Numbered from the stretch's first letter, positions 13,131 to 26,478 are shown. The stretch: DNA of 64,000 nucleotides from Massalongia carnosa (GCA_965645245.1 OZ287072.1:1674001-1738000), one strand, 5' to 3'. A program made the numbers and translations. The notes: generated by a model not told the origin, from the letters alone.

Positions 13131-14728
13131 CGAGACAGTGCCATCTCAGACCTGAGATGTTTAGAATGAAAAAAATCTAATTTACTACTACTTTTTATTT
13201 ACTTACTATTTGGCTTGCTATTTTTTCATGCGAATCTCAAAATATCTCTGATTTCTGCTCCGGACATGCTTCGCTTCCCTCCGCAACGGCCCTACGCTAT
13301 TTCCTCCTTGGCACCCGCCAAAGCATCTGTCAAAGCATCTTCCAAATAGTCTCCCAGATAGCCTCCGCTGATTTTTATAAGGCCCCACATCTAGCCCCTA
13401 AATAGCCTTTCAAATAGTCTCCGCTGCTTTTCAAATAGTCTCCCAGATAGCCTCCCAAAAGCCTCCCAAAAGCCTCCCAAAAGCCTCCCAAAAGCCTCCC
13501 AAAAAGCCTTTCAAATAGCCTCCCCAAATAGCCTTTCAATTATCTTCCAAGTATCTCTCAAATATTTCCCAAATAGTCTCCCAAATATTCCCCCAAATAG
13601 CTATCAAATAGCCTCCCAAATAGTCTCCGCTGCTTTTCAGATAGTATCTCAAATAGCCTTGCATAAAGCCTCGCATAAAGCCTCCCAAATAGCCTTCCAG
13701 ATAATCTTCACCGCTTTCAAATAGTGTTCCAAATAGCTTCCCAAATAGCCTTCCAGATATTCTGCTTAGCTATCAAATAATATCCCAAGTAGCCTCCCAA
13801 ATAGCTTTCCAATTAGCCTCCCAAATAGTCTCCCAGATAATCTCCGCTGCTTTTCAAATAGCCTTTCAAATAGTTTCCCAAATAGCTATCAGATAGCCTC
13901 TTGAATAGCCTCAATATCTATCTCCCTCGTTATCAATTTTCTTTTTCCGCCGCTTTTCGCATAGCTTCTTTAGCTTTTTGGTCTCGTGCATCTTGAATTC
14001 GTCTATTTTCTCGAAGCTGTCGATAATGAGACACTCTAGAAGCGTAAAATTAATCGACTCCGTTTTCTCCCTTCCAACCCGATTTTCTATTATATGTCGT
14101 TTGACGTGATTATAAGCCCGTCCGTCTCGAGTCTTATCTATATCATCGTCAATTTTTTTCGTCAAAGTATCTTCCTTTAATATTCCTGTATCGAGTTCAC
14201 GTTGATATTCAGCGGTGAAAGGAGCTGCGATGAAAAGGCTAGGATGAAAAGAGCTGCGATGATAGGTAAATAACACGAAAAGCACCGTAAACCCAATCGA
14301 GTCCGCGCTAAATCTCTTATGGACGATTTAAAAAAAAACCTGATGCTTCGCAAAGAGACCTCCTCCCCCCATCGCAAACGGGCGAAAAAGCACGCAAGTT
14401 TCGAGATATCGACTATTGTTGATGTGATTAGTAGTCTGCAAAGTTTTACGAAATCATACGATGAAATGCATGCTCGCAATGAGGTGCCTCTTTTTGGTCC
14501 TTTCCGTACGACGTTCTCTCCGCATTATTTGATAACTCAGTACTGTTCCGCAAGCCGCGTTCCCTTTTTCGGGTTAAACCTAACCGCATGAGGTTTGATC
14601 TAACCGAATGAGGTAGTGTTGCCCAAAGTAGCAGGGGAACTCTTTCAGTACTATATAGAAGGTTTGATCTAACCGAATGAGGTAGTGTTGCCTAAAGTAG
14701 CAGGGGAACTCTTTCAGCACTATATAGA
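13131..14728 (-). mobile_element. Non-autonomous Helitron
   Basis: Minus strand begins TCTATATAG and ends CTCG, inserted between A and T with no TSD (empty site seen in the 21.7-kb LTR copy); hairpin CATCTCAG-nn-CTGAGATG (13142-13159) 11 nt from the 3' end; no RepHel ORF. Confidence 0.8.
13320..13911. repeat. Degenerate 11-13 bp minisatellite (CCCAAATAGCCT-like) inside the Helitron
   Basis: Dozens of variants of CAAATAGCCTCC, including a perfect CCTCCCAAAAG run at about 13451-13500. Confidence 0.9.
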
Positions 14729-15062
14729 TAGCAAATCATTAGTATCTTCATATTGTCACATATCCCTAAGCCTGGTGTCTGATAACCGCCAGGTCTGACT
14801 CTTATACAAACGGGTCAAACCGGTCAAACGGGGTACTCCGGGAACGGTTCCCCAACCCGGTAGCGGGTCGGGTTCGACTAGTCTAAACCTGACCCAACCC
14901 GACCCGTTGCGCGGCGTAATTCGACCTCTTGATGAGCGAGTCTACGATTTCTCGAACTCTGAAGCAAATAATCTGACATAGCAAGATTATTATTCGTATA
15001 ATACAATAACGCAATTAATCTTTGCGTGATGAGTAAATGATTAAATTGAAAAAATGAAGAAC

Positions 15063-18000
15063 AGTTGAAATAGGTACATGACTATAACTATATAGCTATG
15101 TAATAAATGACAATGTGTATGACCCTGATGTATAAGATGAAGAGTTGCTATGGAGCAGTCTTCTCCTTTTAAGTGGTTACCCTCTACTAAGCGAAGTGAT
15201 AATAGTTTATCCGAGCCTAGGTTGCTTAAGACACCGCTAAAGGTCTTAAGTAACCGATACGGTTAGACTGGATCTGATCTAATCTAATCTGTTGTGCTGG
15301 TAGAAGTTGAACATTCAACACCCTCCCTCAAGTTCTATCAGTACTTGTCCGTCAGATGAGGTCTGCAGGTGGTCGAATCTGTTGCGTGATGATTGACGTG
15401 GGTAAGCGGCTTTGTCAGCCCGTCCGCTACCATGTGTTCAGTTGGGACATATGTAAGGTCTATCCGACCCTCTGTGACTTCATTTCGAATGAAGTGGTGC
15501 TGAATATCGATGTGCTTAGTCCTTGAATGTAAGACGGGATTATTGGCCAGTGCTATAGAACTCTGATTATCACCCTTCAGTGCTATAACGCCTTCCCTTT
15601 CAAGTACATTCACTGTCGGAGAAGCATCATCCTGCATCAGGCCGAGCTCAGTCATCAATAAGCGTATCCATATGGTCTCCTTAGCAGCCAAGGTGAGTGC
15701 CATATATGCTGCTTCTGTGGATGAGAGTGCGACGGTTTGTTTTCTTCTGGAACACCAAACTGATTGGTCCGTTGTTTTAACATAAAGACATATCCGGAGG
15801 TGGACTTGCGGTCTTCCCTGTCTCCGGCCCAGTCAGAGTCGGAATAGCCCTGTACAGACATATCTCCTCCACCAAAGGTGATACCTCTGTCTTTGGTGGC
15901 ACTGAGGTACCGGAGTATGTGTTTGGCTGCTTCCATATGTGTTTTGCCTGGGTTTTTGGCATGTCGGCTAACCACTGAGGTTGCAAAGGCTATATCTGGC
16001 CGTGTCTCTATCATGGCAAACATGATGGACCCTACTATGGCTTGATATTGCTTAATGTCTGATTCTTGAGGCCCTGAGATTCATTTCTGAATAGACTGCC
16101 TTCTTTCATAGGGGTTCTGGCTAATAGAACAAGTGGGTTCTCTGCATGTCTGTCTTCAGATGTATGGACATGGTCTGGTTCAAATAAAGCCTGTCGGAGA
16201 GCAGAGACAATATATGCTTCACATGAATATTTTTTCTGGGTCTACCTCGTCCACGTTTAGGAGTTGAAGTGGGAGGTGAAATGACAACTGGTTCTGATAG
16301 GATGTTTGTATCGGGTGCCATGATGGCATCATACGTAGGAACGTTGGTCTGGTATTTGGAGATGGCGACCTCATGAATGCGCAGATCTTTGACCCTGATG
16401 ATCCTGCAGTCCTTTTCCAAGAAAACCCGATAAGTAGTGCATCCGTCATATCCACATAGAATGCCATGCTGCGCCCGAGGTGAGAATTTGACCGATTTGC
16501 TATTTGCTCCTACTCGTTCTTCTCTATGAACGAGAACATATACAGTAGATCCCAAAACTCTCAGATGATTTAAAGAAAGTGGCTTAGACTCATAAATTTC
16601 AAAGGGGCTCTTTCCAGATAAAGCGTTTGTAGGTCTGACGTTCTTGGTATGAACCATAGCTAGAACTACCTCTGTCCATAAATAGTCCGGAATGCCTCCT
16701 TCGATGATGGTACACCTGGTCATGCCCATGATGGTCTTGCCTGTTCTTTCGGACACTCCGTTCTGTTCTTGTGAATGTGGTGCGGAGGGTTCAAACGTTA
16801 TCCCTTCATTCAAAAACCAGTCGTCTGATTTCAGACTTCGGAGTTCTGTGCCATAGTCGATGCGAAAGACGCTCATTGGTTTGCTCTTTCCTGTCTTGTT
16901 CTGAGCCAGGCTGTAATATGTTGATAGATGATCGAACCACTCGCTCTTCTTGATGCCGGTATACACATATATATATCTGCTGGCGTCACAGGTGAAGTTG
17001 AAGAAGTAGATTTCCTCGAGAAGTCCCGCCGGTTTGATGGGTCCGACCAGGTCTGAATGAACCTTTTGAAAGATGCCTGTAGCTCTCTCCTGAGGTGTTC
17101 TGTTGTATATTTGTAGCCTTTCCGAGTTCACAGGATGGACAGTACCAATCCTTGCTGACATTGTCCGAGTAAGGTACATCAAGTCGCTTTAGATAAGTGC
17201 GACAAGCAGTTATGTTCAGATGACCAAGACGTGCATGTCATGTTGTCAAGTCCGCTCTGTTAGATGTATGATAAACAGCGGTCTTGGGCCATTGAAAAGT
17301 TTGATCGTCTATCTGTGTGAGACGTACAGCCACTTCTGGGGTATCCAAGATCTTTACTATGAAGATGGTGTTGACTCTTGGGACATACCCTATGACCCTT
17401 CCACTGGATTGGAGGAATAGGGTCCAGTTTAGATTGTCATAGTAGATGTCATGACGATTGAGTAGTGCCAGGCTGATAAGGTTCACTGGACACCGTGGAA
17501 TGAGCAGTACGTTGTGTAAGATTAACACTGACGAGGGTGAGTCGTCCTGTAGTGCCAACGTTCTCTCGATAACTCCCCTCCTTGGAGACATTCCTTCCGA
17601 AGTAGATCCCGCCAGACCTGTTGGACGTACTACGTAATCAATAAAAGATGATCTGTGATTACATACGTGCATGTCTGCGGCGCTGTCAAGGAGCCAGGTG
17701 TCTCGGTCTGAGTTTGTCATGGCCATGACCTTTTGTAGTACTGTGGTCGTGACCAGTGTGAGTCAACTGTTCAGTGTAGGGGGTTCTGTGGCTGAGGATT
17801 CTGAAACAGCCGTTGTTTCTGGCTTGGAGGACTTGGCCCTTTTGGCCCTCCCTGAATCAGCTACGTCTCTCGCTCTCTTCAGATGAGGAAACTTCTGAAA
17901 GCACTCATTTGGCCAGTGGCGAGTCCTATTCCTTGCTACGCACTCTGGAACAGTACAACTTCCTATAGGTGCTCTGCCTCTGTTGGATGAGGTGCTAGTG

Positions 18001-19180
18001 CTAGTGTGAAGGGCCTTGACGTCTGTGTTGTTGCCTGCATATGCAACGAGGGTCTTTGTGGTTTCTGAGAGACTTGTGGTGTCATGTGTCCAGTCCCTGC
18101 GGAGTTGTGCAATGAGTGGATCATACTTGTCTGTAGTGTTACCAAGTAGCATGCCCTGTAGCACAAACTCTATGGAGGCTATGTTCACCTTGGCTCCGTC
18201 GACCAACATGCCCTTGATCTGATTGAAAGCACCGTCATACTCTGCACAGTATTGACCTACGGTTTCAAAATCTCTCATCCTTTTTGCACTGACCCTCAAG
18301 ATGACATCCGTGATGCTCATTGGTGTTACGTCCTGGAATCTGGTCTTCAGGGTTGCCCACATCTCGGCAGCACTTTTGTTGTTGATGAGGTTGAAATGGC
18401 ATGGCGCAACCAGTCCGTGTATGATTCCAATAGCCTTGGTCATCGCAGTCTTCTGTCTGTTCATGTCATCCCGAAGTTCTTTGACAAGGATGCTGGTAGT
18501 AAGACTGGCTTGAGTGAAGCCTTAGTCGATGAGGCTCTGTCGGATGGAATCAAGTGTAATATCTGGTTGGGTCTTCAATATGGCTGTATCGCAGTTGTTC
18601 TTCAGCAGAACTCCTCTGGTGTAGCTAGCCCATGCCGAATAGTGCTCTGCCTTCTCTAGAAGATAGGACTTCTCTGTAGAACTGATGCCATCTGGGAGAG
18701 ACATGATGAAAAGAGGTGTCTAAGTAAACTTCAGTGAATTTTTGATAAATATCTAAGTTTCCGAGGTAAACACGGAAGTAGGATGTACACTGGAATGAAC
18801 GGAGAAGATGGGGATACGTGGTCATTATATAGACAAACGATCCCTCTCTGCGACATCAAACTGTGTTGTCCCTAATTTGCCATAACGCTTTTACCCTCAT
18901 GAAAGACTTTCACTCAGTGGTGGAATTTTCACTTGGTGGTGTAAAGATAGGGGCGTTCTGAACCATGGCTATACCGATCTATTTAACAGGCCGGGCCTGT
19001 TAAATGGAATAAGGTTTTTTCGAGGTCTGTAACTACCAATACCGAGACTTTTGAGGCGTTCTGCTTATTGAAAGTCTGATTACTTCTTGGAACTGAAATT
19101 TCCGAGGCCTGTCTCTAGGTCAAGATAATCGTCGGCCTCGCTTAGCTGCCTCCATATGAGGTGTACCACCTCTAGTCATC
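15063..19180 (-). mobile_element. Decayed Ty1/Copia retrotransposon; 3' LTR about 15063-15320, 5' LTR not in window
   Basis: Minus-strand order gag (18704-17763), protease WLLDSAADMHVC, integrase VHSDLVGP..RIDYGTE..EQNGVSER, RT C-terminus TRPDIAFA, RNase H YSDSDWAG..GDNQSSI..RTKHIDIQHHFIR; PPT GAGGGAGGG then TGTTGAA; several stops and frameshifts. Confidence 0.92.
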
Positions 19181-19386
19181 TGTCAGGGTCCTGGCCTGAC
19201 CCGACATGCTCTGGTAGTCACGGGACAACGTGACTCGTCTAAGCAGTAGCGCGCGTCGCTTGACTGGCTAGCGCAACACGGTAGATTATGTTTAGGAGTT
19301 CAGTGATGATTATTCTTTTCTTTCCTTCCTTCTAGTTAAATTCTAGTTCATAGCTACTGAATAATATCAGGGCAAGCTGCCTGACA
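19181..19386 (+). mobile_element. Short solo LTR
   Basis: TGTCAGG...CCTGACA inverted termini; flanks TCATC/CGATC only partly match. Confidence 0.6.
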
Positions 19387-20172
19387 CGATCTACGTAGTT
19401 TCAATTTCTGTTTACCACCTATTTTGCAGCTTTTTGCGACACTTCTCGACCGCAACCTACGACCATTAGCTATTATTATTCATACCATAGATAGATATCA
19501 ACTGCACATCCTAATTGCTTGCTCATTTATCAACCGGGAATGCATTATATTTTTTCCAATTTCACCAGTTTTATCACCTATTTACAACTCATTTGCGACA
19601 CCGTCTCATCCTGATTTGCAACCTCTATTTGCTTTATTTTCAACCTCATTTGCAAACATTATTAAAAAGTAGATATATATCAATTGCGCGTTCTATTAGT
19701 AACTCCTAGTCTGACGATAGCCCCCTTGATAAAAGTTAAACTGCTCATCCTCATCATCCTCATCATCTTTATTATTCTTATCCTCATCCCCCTTATCACC
19801 TTCATTATTCTTATTATTTTTATCAAAAGCTATGAAGTTCGTTTGCTCGCGAATAGAATCATCTTCTATAACTCGTAGACTATCATCACCTATAGTATCC
19901 GTGATGAAGTCGATCTTATCCCTATATTCCTCTGTCTCATCTGCAGTCTGCCCTTTCTTCTTTCTTGCCGCCTCCTTCCTCGCTACCTCTATCTTCAAAA
20001 TAGACTTTGTCTTCTTCCATTCTACTTCGGGATCTTCGATGGGAGTCAGCTTATCAATAGGAATGATGACGCCTTGCCTGTCGAGCTCCTTAACTTGCTT
20101 TTGCCGAACTCTTTCATCTTTTCGCGCAGCAACTCCCTTGATGTGTATAGCATTACGTTCCATTCACCATAT

Positions 20173-20585
20173 TGTTACGTAGACACACCCTGAACATGGC
20201 GGTGGCAACCCAGTAGATCTGGAGGATAGGCTAGAGCTAGGGATACGGCTATAGATGGAGGACGTCATGTGACTAGGGGAACGCTATTCTGGATCAAGAA
20301 ACCAAGTGACCGCCAAGACTACTAGGGTGACCACTTTGTCACCAGTGACCATGGCTTGGATACCAGTGACCACTTGGTCACTAGGAGTCATGCTTAGCGG
20401 TGACCAGTACTGAGACCCCCAGCACCCATCATGTATATAAGGAAGTCTATCTTCTCCTTAGCTAGATTCCTCGCGGTTAACTCACTAGCAATCCAGAAGG
20501 GGATATTACAGATAACTCTAACCTAGTTTATACTTGATTGCCTATGCACCTCTACTGACCATAGAGACGTTGCACTGACGTTACA
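20173..20585 (+). mobile_element. Solo LTR within transposon A
   Basis: TGTTAC...GTTACA with TSD CATAT; TATATAA near 20434; internal GTGACCA repeats. Confidence 0.88.
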
Positions 20586-21714
20586 CATATTCTCATATAT
20601 TTGTTATGCTCCTTCCTTCTCTCCTCTCGTTCTTCTTTTTCTTGCTTTTCGGCAATGACATGTTCTGCGTCCTCCTTTATGAGTCCTGACGCCTCCGAAT
20701 AGGTAGATCTTATCCTCTTGCGAGAGGTTACTTTGTGTAACAATCTATCATTTCTCCTTTTGCGGTTAACTTTCAGTTCGAAGTCGGTGAGATTTGATTT
20801 TGCAACAATATGCTTCGTACTATCAACAAACTGTTCAAACTTGTTTGGCCGATTATCATTACTCCACTGCGTACATTCTGAATTTTTGACAACCAATCAA
20901 TCAGCCCCTTTTTAACATCATCGAAGGTTTGAGGTTGAATTCGTGCGGGCAATACTGGAAGGGGGGATCCTTATTCGCGCGCTTCTGACTATGCAGGTGG
21001 CCCCGCATCATCTGGTCACCCCGCAGCATTCGAACGGGCCCTTCAACCCCTGGGGCGTTGAATTTTTTAAGCTGTTTAATGTATAACCCCCTATTGATAG
21101 GCCATATTCCGGCCTTTCGAAAAGCTGATCGAATAGTGGAGCTTGGGAAAGTGTTGTCTCGTATTTTGGTTAGGTCTTGACAAAACCGAGTCAATAAATA
21201 CTCGGTATTGAACTCTGCAAGGATATCTTGGATAGCCTTATCATGCCAATGCTTATAGGGTTGAAATAAACCTATATTAAGGTGTTGCATACAATGAGTC
21301 AGATATTGTAATGGGGTGCTGAGACCAGTAAGCTTATCACGAGCGACACTGATCTCGAAAGGGGAAATGCTCAGCGTGAGAGGAGGAAGATAGCTACTAC
21401 GTGCTAGTCTCCGAGAGTATATGTAATCCAAAGAACTAATGGATATGGAAGTGCTTGGACCAAGAGATCTCGTCTGAGACCCAAACGTAGGTTGTTCATA
21501 GAATAAAGACTAATTGCTAACGAATACTACAAGATTCGTTCTGATATTTATCCTACTCACCCCAAGCCTATAGCCTTGGGAGCCTTGGAACCTTAGGAGC
21601 CTTGCGAGCCTTACAGCCTTGCAATCCATATCCGACTTTATCGCATTACATCCAACCATCCCTCAGGATCTATCCACGAACTCGGCGTTCGCTGGATCAT
21701 CTAGTCAGCCTCGA

Positions 21715-22229
21715 TGTAAGAGTCAGACCTGGCGATTATCAGACACCAGGCCTAGGGATATGTGACAATGTGAAGACACTAATGATTTGCTATACTAATA
21801 TACTAAATGAAGTATGTAGGTAAAGCGGAAGACTAATCGTTGAAGATTGCATCTCCCTCGAGCAGCCTCCTTATATACCCGGACCGAAGCCCTTGACCCT
21901 CTGGGCCCTTGATACTGTAACTATCTTGACCGCCTATTACTCCTACCGGATAAGCCGGCTAAACACTCTGCTGACTGCATCGTGGACACTGTGCTGACTG
22001 TATCGTAGACACTGTGCTGACTGTATCGTGGACACTGTGCTGACTGTATCGTACCATCCGCTCACTAATCGTACGAGCATCCTCGTATATCTCGATCGCT
22101 CGTACTATACTCTCGGCAGTAGATACCAGCGGCGTAACGCAGACCAACTGCTTTCCATATGACTAAGCCTAGCCGTAGAACTAAGCCCCGCTTAGTTAGC
22201 TTAGCCCTTATTCCTTCTATGCCCTGACA
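21715..22229 (-). mobile_element. Solo LTR (515 bp)
   Basis: TGTAAG...CTGACA on + with TSD CTCGA; internal 21-bp tandem repeat; homolog at 12694-14806. Confidence 0.92.
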
Positions 22230-23536
22230 CTCGAGCAGCCTTCTAGATCTTCCCTTGCAAGGTAGAACAATTCTACCCCCGGCTAGATCCCTCACTACAT
22301 GCCTCAGGCTATGTAGCTTCATTTCGCCGTCACCACTACCTAGTGATGGAAGGTTACCTCCGACTGAATACCTCGCTACACTGCGGACCTGTAATAGGGT
22401 AGGCCTAGTATGCGTTCGTTGAACGTAAGACTGGCCTATGTGGCTATGTGGGATACGTACAGCCAAAACCGCCGCCAAGACAATAAGGTCCCGCCTAACC
22501 CAGTTAGGCATAACGTAATTCACTAGTCAACGGGACAAACCGCTCAACGGGACTAACTAAATTTCGCTTAATTCTTGAAGCCTCCCTCCCACCCATTTTA
22601 CATACAGTTTCGGCTTCAATGTCTAATAATTGTAAAAATGATGATCATCTGCATGTAAGTTTACTAAAACAATCATATTTTACGTGGTGGACGAACAATA
22701 CGACCCCGTCTGGTAGTTTGAACCTCCTTCACCACCTCAACCACCTCCACCACCTCCTTTGCCCCTTCCACCGTCTCTGTCACCTCCGTGATTAGATGAA
22801 GCATGAAGGGGGGTAACAAACACTCTTTTGAAGGACTTACAGGCCTTCTTTGTGAATTACAGGGAATTTTTTGAGGACTTTTCGTAGGGGATGTAGACGT
22901 TTGTCCTAGTAAATCAGGCCCAAATCGACACATTTCTCTGAAGGTTTTGATAAGATCCTGCTCCGCTCGTTTCAACTGAGCGGCCTTCTTTTTGTCATCC
23001 TTCACCTTCTGCTGAGTTTTTGCCCATTGCTGTCTTTGTTGAACGTCTTCGAGGCTCAGGACTCGAGCCTTTCCACCATAGTGAGCCCCGCTACGATTGG
23101 CTCGATGATGCCGCCGTAAATTGGCCTGAAGAAGCTCGTTGTTGGTAATTCGTAGCAAGGTAGAGTCGGCAAAGGCGTATTTGGCCCCCTTTATCAATTT
23201 GTTTAGCGCTCGGGCGGGTGTCGAGTCTGAATTCTCATCAGATCGAATTCGACAAATCAATTGATCTAATTGATCGATATTTGCAGGTGTCTTTTCCACC
23301 TCGATGACAGCTTTCTGAGAACTCTGAATTATCGGAGTGTCAGGGTCAGAGACCGACGTGGTCTCCGGATCAATTCCGACATTCGTAAAAGTGGAAGTAG
23401 TGGTGGTGGTAGTGGTGGTGATGGTAGTGTTAATTATGCTGTCAGTCTTTCGCAACACCGATTGTTTATTAGAGAGTTTCTGAAGAACTAGAGAAGGATT
23501 GTATAGCACTAATCCGGTGACTCTCCACACAGTGAG

Positions 23537-24065
23537 TATAAGAGGGACAGTAGACACTAGTCCTTATGGGTTATAATGCTCAGTGTGACTGCTAATAGAT
23601 TGGTAGGTGCTAAAGCTAAAAGCTGATTCCCTGAAGATGGGAATCGAGCTTTCTATATACCCCTTGGGGTCCTATTTACTAACTACTTGTCTGGTTACCT
23701 GTCTGCCTTGTTGCCTTCAGCTGAGGTCTAGTAGATAGCCTTGCTGCCTTCAGCTGAGGTCTAGCAGATAACCTTGTTGCCTTCAGCTGAGGTCTAGCAG
23801 ATAGCCTTGTTGCCTTCAGCTGAGGTCTAGCAGATAGCCTTGTTGCCTTCAGCTGAGGTCTCCTAGGCGTCCCAGGCCTCCCATGAGATCGAGGCTTATC
23901 TGAATAGCTTCAGTTGCTGCCTAATAAACTGGTAAGGCTGATTGCTGATGGCTTAGTATTGCTATCCGCCTTATCATGACTAAGCATCCGGATTATCAGT
24001 CACCCGGTCTTCTTGGGTGAGTCATCTCAGGAGCTAGCGCAGTCCTGTATTGCCGCGCTATTACA
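23537..24065 (-). mobile_element. Solo LTR with a 33-bp tandem repeat (about 4.7 copies, 23705-23861)
   Basis: TSD GTGAG; termini TATAAG (decayed TG) and ATTACA; unit GCCTTGTTGCCTTCAGCTGAGGTCTAGCAGATA. Confidence 0.88.
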
Positions 24066-25335
24066 GTGAGCACGTTTTTTTGTGTTGATTGCTTCTTTTC
24101 TTGCTTTTTGTATGATCTTCAAAAAGTCCACCTTGTCAATCGAACAAATGTTGAATCGAGTGACGGCCTCCAGTTGTTTTTTATACTCCCGAGACAGGGG
24201 ACCGAAAACGCTCACGTCTAGAGGTTGTAGTAAATATGTAGTATGAGGAGGTAGACATAGAGGAATTATTTTCTTTTCATTGCAAAACTTGATAAATTCA
24301 GTAGAAATATGAGAAGCATGACCGTCTACCATCAGAAGTCGATAATCACCATGTAAATATTTTGCAGTAGCAGGTTCAAAACATCTTTTCAACCAATCGA
24401 CACCTAGTTCATTATCTGTCCATCCGTTTTCACTGGTGGCAATTTCGCTGTGAATATCTTCCAGAACATCAAACCAGGCCTTTAGTTTGTTTACCCCTTT
24501 GAAAATGACGAAGAGGGGTAGACTGCGTCCAGTAGCAGAAATGGCCTCGATTAATGACACCCATTCTCGATTACCTGATTGTGCTGAAAAGGCCTGCTTT
24601 TCGTGCTTAGGTATTACCACTTTAGCACTAGCGGCTACCCCCATCATGAGCCCTTTTTCATCTATATTGTAGATGTCTTCATCAAGAATTCCGTGTTTTT
24701 GTTTGACGGAAAGAAACAGCTCGAACCAATGTTTAAAAATCTCTTCGTTCTCCGCAAATAATCGTTCCTGATTGTCATGAAATGCCTCCGACCTCACCAC
24801 GTGCCTCTATCACGTGCCTTGATCTGATGACTACTCACGGACGTCGTGCCATGCCTTCGGGACCCTCATATCATTCTTCGAATTCGCCGATTACTGATCA
24901 TTAATCAGCCTCGCATTGATGATTTATTCCCGTCTTTCGACTATTATCATGTCTAATAGCTTCGCATTGATGTTTGACATCTCCCGTCTCCTCGCTGACC
25001 CCATCGTGCTTATTGCCGCTATAATGCCCCTCATTCATCATCGCACTGACTAGACATCATTCGCCGCCACCCTAGAAAGATGAATATGGGAGGACAAAGA
25101 TATAAGAAAGAAGTCGAATCATGGAAGTTCTGATTCTTTGTCGAACGTCTTGAATAGCCAACCTAGCCTAGCCTAGATTCATAGCTATAGACTCAATCAA
25201 TAAGCTTGACCATCAACCCACCTTGCCTTTGCCCTTGCCCTCGACCTGATTTCGTGACATTACGTTCGACCAACATTCAAAAGTGCCTTCCATAGCATTT
25301 TCCCTCATCTCCCTTTATCTCATTCCCCCTCAATC

Positions 25336-26478
25336 ATGTCTTCAGCAGAAGAGAACCTCTCCGAGCTGGATAAGCGTATTCGATTCATTCAGGAACGTCT
25401 TCAGGCAGACCCTCAGCAATTCCTGAGTCAAATGGACAACCTAGAAGCCGAAGTAAACCAACTTCGCAACAATGCCAATACCCCTTCTATTTCCGAGCCC
25501 ATACCTATCTCAAATCCACCCCCCCCTACCTTGGATCCGCAAATCATGGCCATGATGCAGCTGCTCCTGGCGTCAAAAAACTCCCTCATCCGCTCCGAAA
25601 AGCTCCCGGACATCACGGAGTATGAGGGCGAAGAAGTCAAGCTGGATGCGTGGGAGCAGTCCCTGGTTCAAAGAATGCATGTCAACAATGATCGATACCC
25701 GTTCGATCAAGCCAAAATTGCCTATGCCGAAAGCCGACTCACCATAGGCAAAAAGGCTCATAACCTAATGAATGCGTACAGGGTCGATGGCCTTTGCGTA
25801 CTCACCTCATTTGCTGAATGGCGATCAGCCCTCCGCCGCGCATGCGGAAATCCCTACGAGCAGGAGGATGCTCGCAAATACCTTCGCGATATCCTCAAAC
25901 AGAGAAGTAGTAGCTTCGAGGAGTACTACAACCTTTTTGCGCAGAAAAAAGACCGGTCCAAGATGGAAGATGCCAGCCTGATCGATGCCATGAAGGCAAA
26001 TGTGAATTATTCAACCCAGACCGCAGCCCTAATGTATAGGGTCCCCGGAACCCAAAGGCAACCAACCACCTTCGACGAGCACGTCACCATGTGGTTGGAG
26101 ACAGATCGTGGCCTTCGGCAGATCCGCCACATTGCCCCAAAGGCGAACACCACCACTATCACCCCGACACCGAAAAAGCCAAACCCGTTATCAGCACTTC
26201 CCCCGACAGTCGCTCCCGCTGCCAAAGCACCTGTCGCTTCTCCCGCCTCCCCTGCGCTGCTCATTGGCGACCCCATGGACCTAAGCTCTGCCATGGCAGC
26301 GGTGAAAGGCCAATCGCTCAAAACCGAGGGGGTCCGCAAAATCTGCGAAGACTGGAAGTTGTGTTTCTACTGCAAATTGCAGCATCCAGGGAAGTCAGCA
26401 ACTGACTGTCCCAACAAGCGAACCAACCTTCGGAGCATGGAGCTCGAAGCCCCTGATATTGATCAGGGAAAAGCCTAG
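25336..26478 (+). CDS. gag: Gypsy-1 Gag (380 aa)
   Basis: Open ORF after the 5' LTR; GDPMDLS and zinc knuckle CFYCKLQHPGKSATDCP. Confidence 0.92.
   Translation: MSSAEENLSELDKRIRFIQERLQADPQQFLSQMDNLEAEVNQLRNNANTPSISEPIPISNPPPPTLDPQIMAMMQLLLASKNSLIRSEKLPDITEYEGEEVKLDAWEQSLVQRMHVNNDRYPFDQAKIAYAESRLTIGKKAHNLMNAYRVDGLCVLTSFAEWRSALRRACGNPYEQEDARKYLRDILKQRSSSFEEYYNLFAQKKDRSKMEDASLIDAMKANVNYSTQTAALMYRVPGTQRQPTTFDEHVTMWLETDRGLRQIRHIAPKANTTTITPTPKKPNPLSALPPTVAPAAKAPVASPASPALLIGDPMDLSSAMAAVKGQSLKTEGVRKICEDWKLCFYCKLQHPGKSATDCPNKRTNLRSMELEAPDIDQGKA

Larger units (their letters stand above)
12694..14806 (+). mobile_element. Solo LTR (same family as 21715-22229), split by a Helitron
   Basis: TGTCAGG...CTTATA with 5-bp TSD CAAAC; parts 12694-13130 and 14729-14806 join to match the reverse complement of 21715-22229. 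Confidence 0.9.
12428..14918. mobile_element. Non-autonomous hAT-like MITE, copy 1 (about 370 bp of own sequence, split by a solo LTR)
   Basis: TIR TACGCCGCGCAACGGG at 12428 and CCCGTTGCGCGGCGTA ending 14918; many AACCCG/CGGGTT subterminal motifs; inverted homolog at 32937-40150. No TSD visible for this copy. Confidence 0.75.

Noticed and set aside
13911..14591. Short ORFs inside the Helitron as captured genes or RepHel
   Set aside because: No recognisable motif; cannot be supported without a search.
23705..23861. 33-bp and 20-bp (39575-39760) direct repeats as CRISPR arrays
   Set aside because: Head-to-tail repeats without unique spacers, inside fungal LTRs, no cas genes.
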